This document shows, in pieces, positions 34,676 to 48,554 of a stretch of DNA of 64,000 bases. How positions within the stretch are numbered: position 1 is the stretch's first letter; each line of letters begins with the position of its first letter. The notes beneath the pieces were generated by a model that saw nothing but the letters and a program-made list of their open reading frames with translations, was not told the origin of the DNA and ran no database searches. The position numbers and the translations under genes are program-made. Origin of the DNA: Paraspadella gotoi (lineage: Eukaryota; Animalia; Chaetognatha); assembly GCA_051294375.1 (NCBI GenBank), contig CM119265.1:4725170-4789169 (forward strand), given 5' to 3'.

Positions 34676-37600
34676 GGGAAGATTAAAAGGCTTGACAAGA
34701 GTCGCGTGCCACCTGCGTCGAATCCAAATTATTACCAGGGAGATTTTGTCGTTCGCGTGCCTCTTTCGCTCTTCGGTCAAAAACCTCCTATCATCATAAA
34801 TGAATCATGCGTCTGGTGACATCATCGTCGACGATCAAGGGTTTCGACAGCGGATGCCATCATCAGTCCGATAACCATCGGGCAGAATCCTGACCATTGC
34901 AATTGCACTTTGCAGCCGATGGACGCAGTGCTATTTTGTTTCCAATTTTCGCAAAATGCTTCGCGTGCAATGTTTGTCGCACTTGACTTCCGCCTCGTGA
35001 AACCCAATTATAAAAATGCACTCGCGGATTGCGTCTACAGATCGTCCAGTTTTAATTACCAGCGTCGTGTCGTCAGTCGTAGTCGTCATTCATCGTCGTT
35101 GATTGTCATTTATCGATATTCCCCGCAACAATTTACATTAGCGATGAAAACCGTATGGCGCGTTCCGACGGCAAGAATAAAACAAAAGGACAAGAAAGAT
35201 AAGGGAGACGAAATCGAAAAGAAAACTGAGACTAATTCTTAACATGAAAATATGTTCTTATTCTTTAAATGTTTTTGGGTTGTCTTTTTTTTTCCTGTGA
35301 GATATCTTTCTCCTGTAAAATTGTTATCAAAAAAGATAACTAGATGAGTAAATGGGAAAAAAAAAAATAGCTCCGTCATTTGAGGGCTAGTTGCTGGTTC
35401 CCATTCTCATCCGCGCTCACACTCGGGATCTAGAATCAGTAATGTACCGATTTCGATCCCCTTCCTTTCTCTATTTATGTTTTCTTTCCTTTTTTTTTTT
35501 TTCTTTTTTTCCGTCTTTTTCCAATTCTTTCTCCTCCACACAAATTTTTTTTTTCTTCCTTTTCTCTCTCGTGCCGATAGAGAACGACGACGACGATATT
35601 TTCGACGGAACGCTGCGACGACGACGACGAAATCCGAGGAGGAGGAGTCTCACTGCCCTCTCCGTTTTCTTCTCTTCCTCCTCTTATTTACTTTTTAACG
35701 GGTTTCCGACTCTTCCACGCTCTTCCTCGCCATCGAGTTTCGACCGGCGAGTTTCGTGTTGTAATTTCTTGAATCCGAGCAAAAAAGCAAAAGGAAGAGA
35801 GAAAAAAATCGAGTGGCGATGAATGATTTTTCCTTTCCTATCGTTTTCCTATCGATTTGCGTATTTTAAATTAAATACATTGGCGTTCTCGACTTTTCTC
35901 ATTAACCAATTATTACCTCTTTTTCCTCTGTTTTTTCCCTTTTTTTCTCAAAATAGTGTTATATCTTTCGGATTTACAAACGGATACGTTAGCGTTCGAA
36001 CACCGCCCAAACTTCCATGTTTTTCATTTCCCCCTAGCCTTAAATTTCGGCGCGCGATCAGATGAAAATTTAAAAAACCAAGCATTCGAATATTTTAAAA
36101 ACTGGGGATTTTTAGAAATCAAAATAAAGAAAAACAGCTTGTTAATCTATGGACTTACACGACTTATACTATCTCTAATAGTCTCACCTCATTCGCCAAC
36201 CTATCTCCCGTGAGCCGTCACCAATGTATTGATATGCTTCAAAGCAGCGAACGTTTTTTCAATCAATTCACATTCTTAGTGAGATATTTTTTTTAAGATA
36301 TTTCTCAACGCAACCCTTTTTATTCAAAAAAAAAAAAAAAAAAAAATTCAATTCGAGAATTTTTAGCGTAAAAATAATTTCTCGGATCGGATCTTTAAAA
36401 ACCGCAGCCCCGTGCCTATCGCTGTTCGCTGTTCTGTACAGTTTTCTGCCTTAGGAGAAAAATCTTCCCCGTTTGTTGCTACTTGTAAAGTACCCAGGAT
36501 TGTACAATTTTCGGGATTTCGGAAACTGTTTCTACTTTTGAAAACTTAGCTTGGTACATCGTTTAACATGTGCAGCAAAGCAATGTTTGTGTGTTTTTGG
36601 CGACATATTGGGCGGGTTTTCGATCGATATCAATGTTCGTCGGTTAAGTTTGGCCGTCATTTCGTCTGTCATTTTCTCAAGGGTTGTAACACTCGTTTCC
36701 TGTTTTCGTAAACTGTGGCAACGCCGGCAGTGAGAAAATTGGCACTCGTCTCCTCTGGTGTCAATGCAGCTTTTAAATTCTTATTTTCATACGACTTCTT
36801 TTTTAAAAAATCTTTCATTTCGATCGCCTCCATATTAATCTTAATAAACCTAATCTCTAGATTACTAAGACTGTTGCTCCTGTTCTTCTTGGCAACTTCC
36901 AGCCTAATTGCAGCATGTATTTCTTTTCATATCTTTTCATAAGACCTGGTCGCCCTTCCCTTTTCTCCTTTGCCTTTTTCGTCATTTCGCCTGTGCCGAT
37001 CTTTTACGCTCCGCCACATTGCGCCCCCGCGGCCAACTCTTCCTTCTCTCTCTACTCTCTCTCTCTCTCTCATCTCATCTCTCTCTCTCTCTGCTCTCCT
37101 AGTCTCTCTTCTCTCTCTCTCTCTCTGCCCTAAAACCTCCAAGGGAATTCATCATTTTACGTCAGTTGAATTCGACTTGAAAAAAAAAGAACGAGGGTCC
37201 GGTGTGAGCCGAAAAATACAATCGTTCACTCGAAAACGTCATCATTCATTCTTCACACCTCTGAGGATTACGATTCGCCGCACACCAAAAAAAATGGGAA
37301 AACATTGCGAAGTTCGTACTCACGAATAGGCTTCGGTATTAAAAGAAACCAAAGAAGAAAATGAGAAGTTGTGGTGTAGAAAAATATGACGGCAGTTGCG
37401 AGCCAACGCCGACTTCTCAATCTCCTCCGAATGGCTTCGCATCTCTTCTCTGCGTCTCCTCTCCACCTCCACACCCCCATCGCTTTGCCCCATCGAGTTA
37501 TGCGGTAGTGATAACTTTCGTCTCGCTCAAGAAAAAAAAATCCCCGGTTGTGTTTTCTTTTCTCATTCGCGGAGCAGCGTTCAAAAAATATCGGAAGCTC

Positions 37601-40600
37601 GTCCCGACGCGGGTGCTCTTTCGACCTTTGGCGTCCGTGCGTCTACGCCTGTTTCTCCTCCTCCCCTTCCTTCCCTTTTCTCGTCCTCTGCCTCTTTCCT
37701 TTTTCCCCTTTCCTTTCTTCCCTCCTTCCTTTTTTTCTCACTCCCTCCTTCCTTCCCTTTTTCTCGTCCCTCTGCTCTTATCCTTTTTTCCCCTTTCCTT
37801 TCTTCCTCCTTCCTTTTTTTTCACGACTCCCCCTCCTTCCTTTCTCGTCCCTCTCCCCTTTCCTTTTTCCCCTTTCCTTTCATCCCTCCTCCTTTTTTTC
37901 TCACTCCCCTTCCTTCCCTTTTTCTCGTCCTCTGCTCTTTCCTTTTTCCCCCTTTCCTTTCTTCCCTCCTTCCTTTTTTTCTCACTCCCCCTTCCTTCCC
38001 TTTTTCTCGTCCCTCTGCCTTTCTTTTTCCCCTTCCTTTCTTCCTCCTTCTTTTTTTCTCACTCCCCCTTCCTTCCCTTTTTCTCGTCCCTCTGCTCTTC
38101 CTTTTCCCTTCCTTCTTCCTTCCTTCCTTTTTTTCTCACTCGCCAGCCCTCCCTTTTTCTTCGTCCCTCTTCCCTTTCCTCTTTTCCTTTTCCTTTCTTC
38201 CTTCCTTTCGTTCCTTCCTTTTTTTTGCTTCTGTTTTCACTCTTCCAATTCCAAGGTTTTTTCTCTCGTCTCTCTCTATCGTTCTCATCTCGTCTCTCTT
38301 CTCTCCGTCTCTCCTCTTCTCTCTCTCTCTCCTCTCTCTTCTGCTTCCTTTATTTACCCTGGATCATCCACTCCTTTAAAAAAAAGAAGGTGGTCCAAAA
38401 ATTCACCCCATTTTGAAAGGGGGTTGTTCCTAAGCTCCCTCACTTTCAAGGGGGTGGTCTCTCTATGTCTGCTCGAAAAGTGACGGAACTCGCGAGATTG
38501 CGGATACCCTGTGAAACTATTCTTTATTTCTTTCACTGAGAAAAAGTTTGTTTTCTCTCTCGTCTATCTCCTATCTTTTTTGGGGTTCCTTGTTTGTCTC
38601 TGTCTCAATATATTTTTGTTTTACTTTCTCCCTGTTTCTTTCCGAATAAATATCCCTCTGAAAAAAGGAAAGAATCCTCATTGATTCTCTCAGAAACGAA
38701 ACGGTTCAATAGTGAAAATGCGAAAAAGAAAACAAAAACAAGTCAATCAAAAGAAATTAAAATATAAACATATATGAGGACAAGATATCAAGCGAAAAAG
38801 GGTTCAGTCAATAAGAAGTCTTAGTTCAACTTTGTCTGATTCATGTTCACCGACTGGGTTAGTTAATTTTAAATCAGAGCTCCTTTGTTTGTTTTCGTTT
38901 TAATAAATCATCTTTTTTTTGTAAAAAACGATTGATGTGTATGAGAAAAAAAAAAAAAGATTGAAAGAATTATTTATACAGATAGAGGAAAGGAACATAA
39001 GATATAACGAAGATTGAGAGCGAGAGGGAAGAAAACGGAATAAAAAAACTCAACCGAGACGTTTTCTTCATTCGAATTCATGAACACTAAAATATTCGTT
39101 CGACAAAATCGTAATATTTATTCTATTTAACGCACTTTTACTGATGATAACACTCGTAAACAAGCGAAATGTTCTTTGGGGTGTACGTCTGTACGTTAGC
39201 CATTTGTTCTACGTTTCTTTCTTTTTCCTTTCTAGCGCACACTTCATGCTACCAAATCGTCCGATCGCCAAAAAAAAAAAAAATTTTTCTTCAGTATTTT
39301 TCAGATTCATTCAAATACCAAAAATAAATTTAAGCTCAAAGTTCGATTATCTCGGTTTTAGTTAAAGAAGCCTTAATTTATCTAATAAAACAAAAATCAC
39401 TAATCTTTTTCACCTTTTTTGTCACCTTATTTTTTTTCCTTCTTCCTTCAACCCTTCCCTGTTTTTTTTCCCCCATTATTTTACTCCTTTGTCGAGCTAG
39501 TTAATGAATTAAAATCAATATCGGGCGGCAGGTGCTATCCCCTTTAGAGTCAGCTTCGTCCCTTCGAAAAGATCAAAACGGTCGTCAATTGAGAACCAAC
39601 TCGAACTATAACACTTTGTGCATCCGATTCTCTTTTTGTTTTTTTTCAAACAAAAAAAAAGGTTTTTCTTTTTCTCGTTTCCTTCGTCGCGCCATTGTTC
39701 TTTTTGAGTTGTTTTTATTTTTTGCTTGTTTCTCTTTCCTCGGGAAACGTTTTGTCTCATGCGAGAGAGAAAAAGAACTCTGGGGATCCTATTTTCTTTT
39801 CTTTTATTTATTTCTCACAGTGTCTGTCAGATTTTTTTTTTTTTTTTTTTTTGCGAGATCGCCCATCGGAATTGGTATTTCTTCTTTCTTTTTTGTTTTT
39901 TTTTCATTCATTCTTTTTTTCTTTCTATTGTATATTATCCTTCCATCTCTTTCGCCGCTTTCTTTCTTTTTCATCTTATTGATAACAACACAATTTTTTT
40001 TCTTTTTCTAAATACTCTGGTTACAGATTTATCTCGTCTTAATCAGCGCGACTCATTAAAATGTTTTTTTTTTTCGTTTCGTCTTTTTCCACCGTTAGGC
40101 TAGCTTTTTTTTTCTTATGAAAATGTTGAATCTTTCTCTCTCTCACTCTCCTGTTTTCTCTACTTCCTCCATTCTCTCTCTCCCTCCCTCTCATATCGTC
40201 TTTACTCATTCACGGGGCGCATAACTGTTGCAGCTTGTCCTCAGTTTATTTAATGATGAACCCCCCGCTTTCTCTACCACCCTCCGTTCTCTCCGCCATT
40301 TAAATCCCCCCCTCTCTTCACCCCCTAACCATTTCCTTCCTTCCCGGTCTCATCAAATATGCAAAAAAAAAGAGAAAGAAAATTCTCGGGTCGAATCGCG
40401 CGGGAGCCGAGATCCACGATTGTTCTCCTCCAACGTNNNNNNNNNNNNNNNNNNNNNNNNNTTTTTTTTTTTTTTTTACTTCTCAAATTTTGTCGTCGTC
40501 GTTGTCGAGGTGATCGTTGTTGTTGTTGTAGTTACTAGCCGTCCCATTCAACTTTTGTTCAGTCCATCTCGATGGTGATTTAAATTTTCCCAAAAATCAT

Positions 40601-41126
40601 TTCCGACGTGAAACATTCGGTTGGCTCGATTAACGAACTTTGAAATCCCCGTATTTCTTGGCTTCTCTTGTTCTCCGCCATGAAATTCCCACCTTTTCTT
40701 TTAAATTTTACATTTGCTTTCACCCTTTTCTATGTGACAATTAAATTATAAGTAAAAAAAACTAAACAAATATATGAACAAAAAAATAGCGGACATGATC
40801 TGGAAAAAAAGGGCCTGACTGGGTAAATGGTGACAATAAAAAGCGGAGAAAAAAAAATTCGCTGTGAAAAATAAAACTCGTGAATCGAAAGAAGTGTGAA
40901 CCCGAGAGTTTTTCTTTTCTGCATTTTACTTTACTCTTTCCCCTTTTTTCTTTTTCCGCGTTCCTTATATTCTCTACTATCTTTGCGCTTTCTTTGTCCA
41001 ACGAGGAAAAAAAAACAAAATGCAAACAAAAAAAAAGAGAAGAGTTGCTGTCTGGCTCGCGCGTGAAAGGAAAACAAATAAAACAGAAGAGAAAACAAAA
41101 ACTGGACGAGAATGGAGAGAGAGAAA

Positions 41127-41163
<37 letters not shown>

Positions 41164-41330
41164 GTCAGCAACAAGGCTCGACCGTCTGCAACAGTGTCCT
41201 CGAGACTGGGAGAGAAAGATAGAGACAGAGAGGCCCCTCTTGTTTTCCATCAAGCTCTTCCCTCTTTTTTTTCTCTCTCTCCCTTGCAAGTCGCGGAATC
41301 GAATTGCTAAATTGCTGACTGCTCTGATCT

Positions 41331-41385
<55 letters not shown>

Positions 41386-42370
41386 CTCACGAACCACGGT
41401 GCCACGTGCAGCCCTCCCCTTTTCGTGGTTGCCATGGTCACCATCGTACAAATTGATTCACCTGTGGTTCTCGATGAATTCACTCTGGATGTCATCGTCG
41501 TCGTATTCAAGCACGACATAATTTCCGTTTCGATCCCAATGACGTCATGTGATCTCACCTTTTTTATTCGTTTATTTCTTTCTCGGTTCCATCGCATCAT
41601 TTTCCACTTCCGCCAGATTTTTTCCTGCATGACACGCCCCCAACTCCACGATTTCACCGCGCCATTTCCGGTCGCGATGCCATCGTCGTTTATGGCGCCG
41701 ATTAGAAGGAGACGCCGTGGATGGGCGGGGAAAGGGGCGCGGAAGGGGGGGGGCGAAGAAACCGGCGTCGGCGGCGCGAGATAAGAATGTGGAACGAGTC
41801 CATTCTTCACCATCGGCGGTCGTTAGAGACGCTTGGCGTTGTGCTTGGATCTCTGCTTGGGTCTCTGCTTGCCTTTCTTATTTAACATTCAGCTCGCCTT
41901 TGTACTGGTGTTTGAGTTTTAGCGGAAAATTAAGATTTTTAGCCTTGAAATACTTTTTTGTAAATATTTTTTTTTCTCCCTATCTTCTCTTCTTTTTTTC
42001 TTTCTCTCTATTTCAATCTTTTGTTTTCATTTCTCTCTCTCCCTCTCTCTCCTTCCTTCTTATCATTATTAAGAGCGGAAAGAAATAAACTTCGACAATT
42101 GTTTACTCTCTCACCATTATTATTCGAATAATTTGAAGAATATTTTTTTTCTAAAAATACATTCTTCTCTAGACCTTTCTTTTTTCCCTTTTTCTTTTTT
42201 TTTCTTTTAAAATTTATTATCGGAAAAAACTCTCGAAAAATTGGAGGCCTCTCGAAAACAAAAAAAAATCGGTTAGAGTCCCTTGAAAATCGCTGATAAA
42301 GCATGAAAGACTCGAGAGCCGTTTTTCTCTTCGTCTTGACAAACGATATCATGATTTCTGTGTAGTAGGT

Positions 42371-42426
<56 letters not shown>

Positions 42427-42608
42427 CCTCACTCTCTCTCTCTCTCTCTCTCTGCCCTTGTTTCCCATAGGAGTGGCATCTTTTAATACGGTGTTATTCG
42501 TTGCTTTGGTTTTATTTGATTTCCAAGTTCCGCCATTTTGCAAAAAATGAGACTGTTACAATCTGGTCTTCGTCTTGAAATGTGTAGTTCTCTCTTTTTT
42601 CATCTTTC

Positions 42609-42660
<52 letters not shown>

Positions 42661-44025
42661 GTACGAAATTAATGTTCCGCGAAACCCCATCTCGCCTCTG
42701 TCCCCCTCTCGCTTCCAAAGCCCAACGTTCCGCCGAGGAATGATTCGCCTACCAGATTCCGGCCGAAGATTGGTTCTAATCTGAAGAAGATTCCGCAGCG
42801 CGGTTTTCTTCTCGGCGGCGGCCGGGGTCGCCGGATGCTGGCGGAGTCGCCGAGCGGCGCTCGTTATCGGGCGACGGTGGAGGCATCCCGGAGAGGAAGG
42901 GAAAGGGGAGAAAGAAAAATGAGCCGGAAAAGGCGAGAGGGAAACGCGGCTCCGATCCACCGGAGAGAAAATGGCGAAGAAGAAGAAAAAAAAAAAAGGA
43001 AGGAAAACCGTTTTTCTTTTTTATATTTTTTTTCCCCTTTCGGCGCCATCGACGCCGACGGCGGCGTCCGCCTACATTGCGCCGGCGTCATTCTGCGCCA
43101 TCTTCCCTCCGGAAACGACGCCCGGCGACGCCGATTGGCGACGTCATCGCGATCTTGCATCTGTCGCTCGCACGCGCGACGCCTGGGGAGGGAGCGAGCG
43201 AAAGAGAGAAATATGACCTTTCCCGCCGCGAGATGGCGGTTATGGTTGTCGTCTTCGTCGTCGTTCCCGGCGTTCGTCTCCGTACCCAGTCTCGTCTGTC
43301 AAAACCCAACTGTCATCGACGTTTTGTCTCCGTCTCTTCCTCGAAAAACCCCTCGGCTCTCGGGACGACGTTGATCCGCCCAAAACGGCCGAGGCGTCAT
43401 CCGTCCTCCGGGTTCTTTTCCAGGGTCGCTTTACCCCCGAGGGTAAGTCTGAGGCTCCTGAGACTCCTCCGCACGCCATCTGTTGTTTCCTAAATTTGGA
43501 TTTCGCAAAGTTGGAAGATTCTCGTGGTACCACGTGGTTCTCGGATGTTGTTTTAAAATGGTTGCGTATTTACTGGAATTGGCCACTAGCCCCCAAAAAA
43601 AATGTTTATGGCCAATGGTCTCGAATTTTTTACCGTTCTCTTGTTGTGATAATAACCTAATGTTTGAGGATGTAGCCTCACCTCTTCTAATCTCGTCCTA
43701 CCTTAACTTACTTTGTTCAATTTTAGCTCAACCTCGCTCCTCTCAAAACAATGGGATTCTGTAATTTTGGGTTTTTAATCTCGGCAGAGTTGACGGGTTA
43801 ATCCTCCCGGTTTGTGTTACGAACAAGAGAAGGTGACGAAAGCCGATTTCAATCCCCGACAATTTTCTTTGGCTTTTTCTTCTTTCCTTTAATCGAGCCC
43901 TGTTTTCCCCTTTATTTTCCTTTATTTTCCTTTTTTTTCTTTTCCTTTGCTTTTTGAAGTCAGACGGAATCGCGAGTTTCGTGAGTAAAAATCTCATGAT
44001 GTCGTTCAATTTGTTGTCGTCGGTT

Positions 44026-44094
<69 letters not shown>

Positions 44095-44493
44095 TCCCAA
44101 CGGCTTTTTTGTTTTTCGCTCCTCTTCCTTCTCTCCCTTTTTTAGAGGCTCTCTCTCTCTTTCATTTTCGTCTTAATTCTCTTGGTCTCTTTCTCTCTCT
44201 CCCCTGCTTTAAAAATACTGACTCGAACTATATTTTATACTGAATCGCATTCTCTCTCCGTTTATTCGTCCCTCGTGGTGGCGCTTAAATATTTTAATTT
44301 CTCTCTCTCTCTTCTCTCTCTCTCTCTCATCTACGCTCACTCTGTCTCTCATGCTTCATCCGGATCTCGTATGTCGCGAATAGCGCCCTCCTTTTCTGTT
44401 TCTTTCTTCGCTCATTAATGTCGGAAATGGAAGAGGTTGGTGGGCGGAGATTGAACGTATTCTTCATTCAACTCATTTCCTTCTCTCTCTCTA

Positions 44494-44526
<33 letters not shown>

Positions 44527-44953
44527 CTCTCTACTCCCGCTTCTGGTTCGCACGCGAAAATCGGCGCCATTTTTTTATAGTAGAGACCAAAACTTCGTCA
44601 TGGGGTGGATCAGAATGTGATTTGGGAACCTTTACCAAATGAACACATTACGATACATTGAGAATAACTATTCTCAAAAGGAGCAATAATTTTATAATCT
44701 AAATAAATAGGCAAGAAGCAAGTAATTTAACTTTTAAACTATTTATTTAAAATAGAATATCATAGACTAGAATTAAGTATTATTAGTCAGAAGGATCATG
44801 CTTATAGTAAGTAGTATATTTTTTTAAAGCGTTCAAAATCATGAAATTCTCACAATGCTATATTCTTTACATACTCTTTGAGATAAAGCTGGGTTTAAAG
44901 TTGAGAAAAACTTAAGAGAACACTTCCATCATCATGCAGTATTATTTAGTTAC

Positions 44954-45265
44954 TGTTCATAGCCTCAGCATAGAATTCCCATCACTCCAGAACGCCCATG
45001 GTTGATAACGTGATGTAGTGTAGAGTTAAAAACCTTCAGTAACAGTAATAACATACAAACATATTTCATCATAGTTTCATGTCAATAACATACTTAGTAG
45101 GCATCTCCCGGGAGTGTGAAAAGTTATGTTAATCTTCTGCGCAGCGTTTGAATCCTGCGCCTCTTAAACTCAGTACAACCTTTTCTAAATCCTTGACGAA
45201 CGCTAAGCAAAGATCATCGTTTTACGTTACGACGCCAAGTTTCACGCGCGCAGACTCTCTTAACA
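44954..45265 (-). repeat. 3' LTR (minus-strand element)
   Basis: tgttcatagcctcagca...ttcacgcgcgcagactctcttaaca; aligns by eye along its full length with 48231-48554, 52071-52383 and 55335-55649. Confidence 0.88.
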
Positions 45266-45273
45266 CTCCCCCT
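45266..45273 (-). promoter_or_regulatory. Polypurine tract (plus-strand priming site) of the LTR element
   Basis: ctccccct on + strand = AGGGGGAG on - strand, abutting TGTTAAG of the LTR; same at 52384-52391. This PPT form is typical of Ty1/copia and BEL/Pao elements. Confidence 0.75.
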
Positions 45274-45399
45274 GTACGTACACGGACACTAATACAGAGA
45301 GGTCCGCCACACCGCTGCTCTTCTCCTGTGGCAGTAGAGCCGTTGCAAATTTGTCCACTCAGCATGCAACCCGAGTTTTTTATCCCCATGAGTTTCGGC

Positions 45400-48130
45400 T
45401 CCGCTGACGACCCATTGAATGCACGCGACGGGGCTCCTTAGCTCTCCTTTGACCCACCAACTCAGTTGGCTCCAAAATTGATGGAGGCACAAACTCCCCC
45501 GTCGCATCCCGAAGCGCCACCGACTTAACGGCGTCGATCTGCGTTGTCAGCGGCGCCCAGCGTCGTCTCCTTGACCCCTGTCTGACGATTTTGCTGGCAA
45601 CCGGCGTCGTCTCCTTGATGACGCCCTGCTTATTGCCGCTCCACCCGTGGCGTTCATGCGGCCCCGGATTTTCGATGTCCTTTCTCCCTTTTGCGTCATC
45701 ATCTTGTCTGTGGGGTGTCAACTTCGTGCATGCGAGGTTCACAGAAACAGTTGAGGGTGCATGTTTGGGGTGAGAAACCGATCACCATTGAAAAGTTCTG
45801 TTCTATGAATTTTCCTTCCCCCTCTTGTTTCACAAGATTAATCAATTTGTTTAGTTTAATATCACTGTATACAGAGACGATCAAATTTAATAAATTTGTC
45901 TCAAACTTGCTCACTCAGCTTTCACGTCTTTTTCAAAACTGTTTCAAGCTCACTTCAACTTCTATACTTCCGTCTTTAAATCTTGTGTATTTTCATGATT
46001 TATGCTGGGCACCACAAAGAATAAACAAATCTAATACACCCCATCTATTCTTTCATTGCTTCTTATTTTACTTCTTTATTAAAGTAAAAGTGCAACTGGG
46101 TCCACAAACTTTAATAAATAATGTTTTGATTTGTTTAGACAACAACTCCACTGTTGTCGTCATCGTCGTCTCTCTGAGCCAAAAGAAGACCTTATCTTTT
46201 CTCTCCTAGTCCTCTCAACTCATGTCCATGGCATATACACCAGCCTCATGATGTGTTCGGTTAATTTTAACAAATTCCAGAGTTTTCCTTTCATCTCCAG
46301 AAATATTTCTCTCACACCCTCATCCTCTTGATGTGAGTCGTCAAACAAAATTTTAGTTCACCTCCAACTTTGTCAGCCTGCTCCAAGGCATAAGTATAAG
46401 GATTCCCCTCATTTTCCCCCGTCTTTTTTCTTCCTTTAGACGAGCATCATAATCGATATGCTCAAATATTTTATCAATTTAGCAAGTTTTGGTAATGTGA
46501 GACACAAGCTAGCCAAGTTTGTAAACTTTTTATTTTTTTTCATCTTTTTCAATACTTTTCATGAAGAGCTGATCTTGTAGCCAGCAATGTTCATTAATAT
46601 TGTTCATCATTTAACTCGTCATTTTCTTTCCTTATCTACAAAGTAGAGCGATTAAAACTGTATGAAGAGTTGTGATAGCTAAGTTGGATCCAACCGTACT
46701 GTCATAAACCGTATATCTTATACATTCCATTATTGATCTCCTGATTTCATACGGGATTTATAGAAATTAACAATGAAAGCAGCGAGGTGGAGGCTCCCGA
46801 GCTCTTCCATGTGAATGACCTTGTAATCTGACACAACAGGACTGTCGCCATGAGATTGAGTGTACAGCAAGCCTCAACACTCAACGTCTTGAAAGTTAAG
46901 CTCAAAGGGATGAAATTGAAAAATTCTCCTTCACACAAATGATAGCAGCGCCCAGCAATGGCCAGCAATTCAGTGGTTCAACAATGGCATTCAATGCATT
47001 TCTCCGCAACGTCTCGATTACAGGCGGATGGGTGGCCGATTGATCTCTCCTCATTTCTCCATTTTGACAGTTTCTTCCGCAACCCCTTTCCACAACTTTT
47101 TCCGATCTTTACGCAACTTCTTTCGGCGACTCATTTCCGCAACCTTTCCACAACTTTTTTCCTCAATCTTTTCCGCAACGTCCAATTTGAAACTTCTTGG
47201 GCAGCAACTCTTTCATTCACCAGCAGACTTTTCAAGCAAATTCTTCAACAGCGACTTCTTTAGCGCAGCAGCTTCTTTAGCTGAACGTCTTCCTACAGCA
47301 GCCTTTCTAAACGCAGATTTTTCAGCAGCATCGTCTTTCAGCAGCATCTTCTTTAAGGCAGCAACTTCTTCTGCAGACCAGCATCGTGGCAGGACTTCTC
47401 ACGAACAGCCTCAGCTTCTTTATTGTTTTTCTGCGGCGCGTCATCAGGATCGGCGCACCATTCATTTTCGGCAAGGGTTCTCGTACGAGTCGATAGGCGG
47501 TCAGGCAATTCCTCGTTGCGTCGTCCTCTCCTAATAAACTCCTTCGTGAGGAACCTCCTTTGTTCGTCCGCCTTCCATCTGCTCCACTTGGACGTCGCCA
47601 GCCTTTCAATCTCTGCTCTCTCCTTTCTTTTCGTGTTTTATGTCTGACTTCCTTCTCCCATTCTCTGGCCTTTCCTCCACCTCATTATTCTTTCTTCGTT
47701 CTCTTTCGAATTTCTTTCAATTTTTCTTTCAGCTCATCCGCTCTTCATCCACCCTCGTCTTGCTCTCTCTTTTCGTATTCATATCGTCGTTCTTTCTCTC
47801 CTCTCTATCGCTATAACTTTTCTCTTGCCATTTCTATACCTTGACCACCTTTGGGCGAATCATCTCGCAAGACGATCTGAGACGACGTCGTTCATATTCT
47901 AGCTTTTGAGGACGGTTTTGACGCTGACTCTTGTCGCTCCCTAAGAAGGCTGAAGACTCTGTCGTGACCTTTGGCGACGAGCAGACCATCGTCGACGTCC
48001 GCCATCCAATGCTAGATGCTCTACAATCGATGTTTCTCGCGAGGCGGCTCGGACCCCGTCCCTTATCGTAGCTCCCTCTTTACTCCTCACAGCGATCAAT
48101 GTTTGATCTGCTGCTCGCTGCTGCTGCTCG
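45400..48130 (-). pseudogene. Frameshifted internal coding region of the LTR element: acidic/charged, coiled-coil-like protein of unknown family (boundaries approximate)
   Basis: Minus strand is purine-rich with recurring GTT GCG GAA (Val-Ala-Glu) and GAA GCT GCT codon runs (47000-47420). Fragments read protein-like in both copies (e.g. DVAEKTEEKVV...ERVAEETVK, TAKEAAAKEVAAEEFAEK, NKLINLVK, KDIENPGPHERHG). The frameshifts I compared fall at different places in the two copies, suggesting read errors. Confidence 0.55.
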
Positions 48131-48230
48131 CTGATTAGCGTTTAGTTAGATTTAATTGTTGAATTAGAATTATTAGTTTTGTTTAATTTTCAAATCCGCC
48201 GGATTAGACATTAAGTTTTTAATATTAGTA

Positions 48231-48554
48231 TGTTCATGAGCCTCAGCAAGAATTTCCCTCACCTCCAGAACGCCCATGCTTGATAAACCGGTGATGTAGT
48301 GTAGAGTTAAAAACTTCACGTAACAGTAATAAACATAACAAACATAATTCTTCATAGTCATGTCAATAACATAACTAGTAGGCATTCTCCGGGGGAATGA
48401 TGGAAAAATATTGTTAATCTTCTGCCGCAGCGTTTTGATCCTGCCGACCTCTAAACTCAGTTCAACCTTTTCTAAAATCCTTTGAGAAACGCTGAAGCAA
48501 AGATCATCGTTACTTAACGACCGCCAGTTTCACGCGCGCAGACCTTCTCTAACA
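48231..48554 (-). repeat. 5' LTR (minus-strand element)
   Basis: tgttcatgagcctcagca...ttcacgcgcgcagaccttctctaaca; direct repeat of 44954-45265. Confidence 0.88.

Larger units (their letters stand above)
44954..48554 (-). mobile_element. LTR-bounded retroelement, ~3.6 kb, apparently non-autonomous (no pol motifs seen)
   Basis: Direct repeats 44954-45265 and 48231-48554, each TGTT...AACA. Polypurine tract AGGGGGAG lies immediately before the 3' LTR on the minus strand. Interior is coding-like on the minus strand. Confidence 0.85.

Noticed and set aside
47000-47430. Ala/Lys/Glu-rich stretch first suggestive of histone H1 or a protamine-like gene
   Set aside because: It is acidic rather than basic, lacks a winged-helix globular domain and lies inside an LTR-bounded element.
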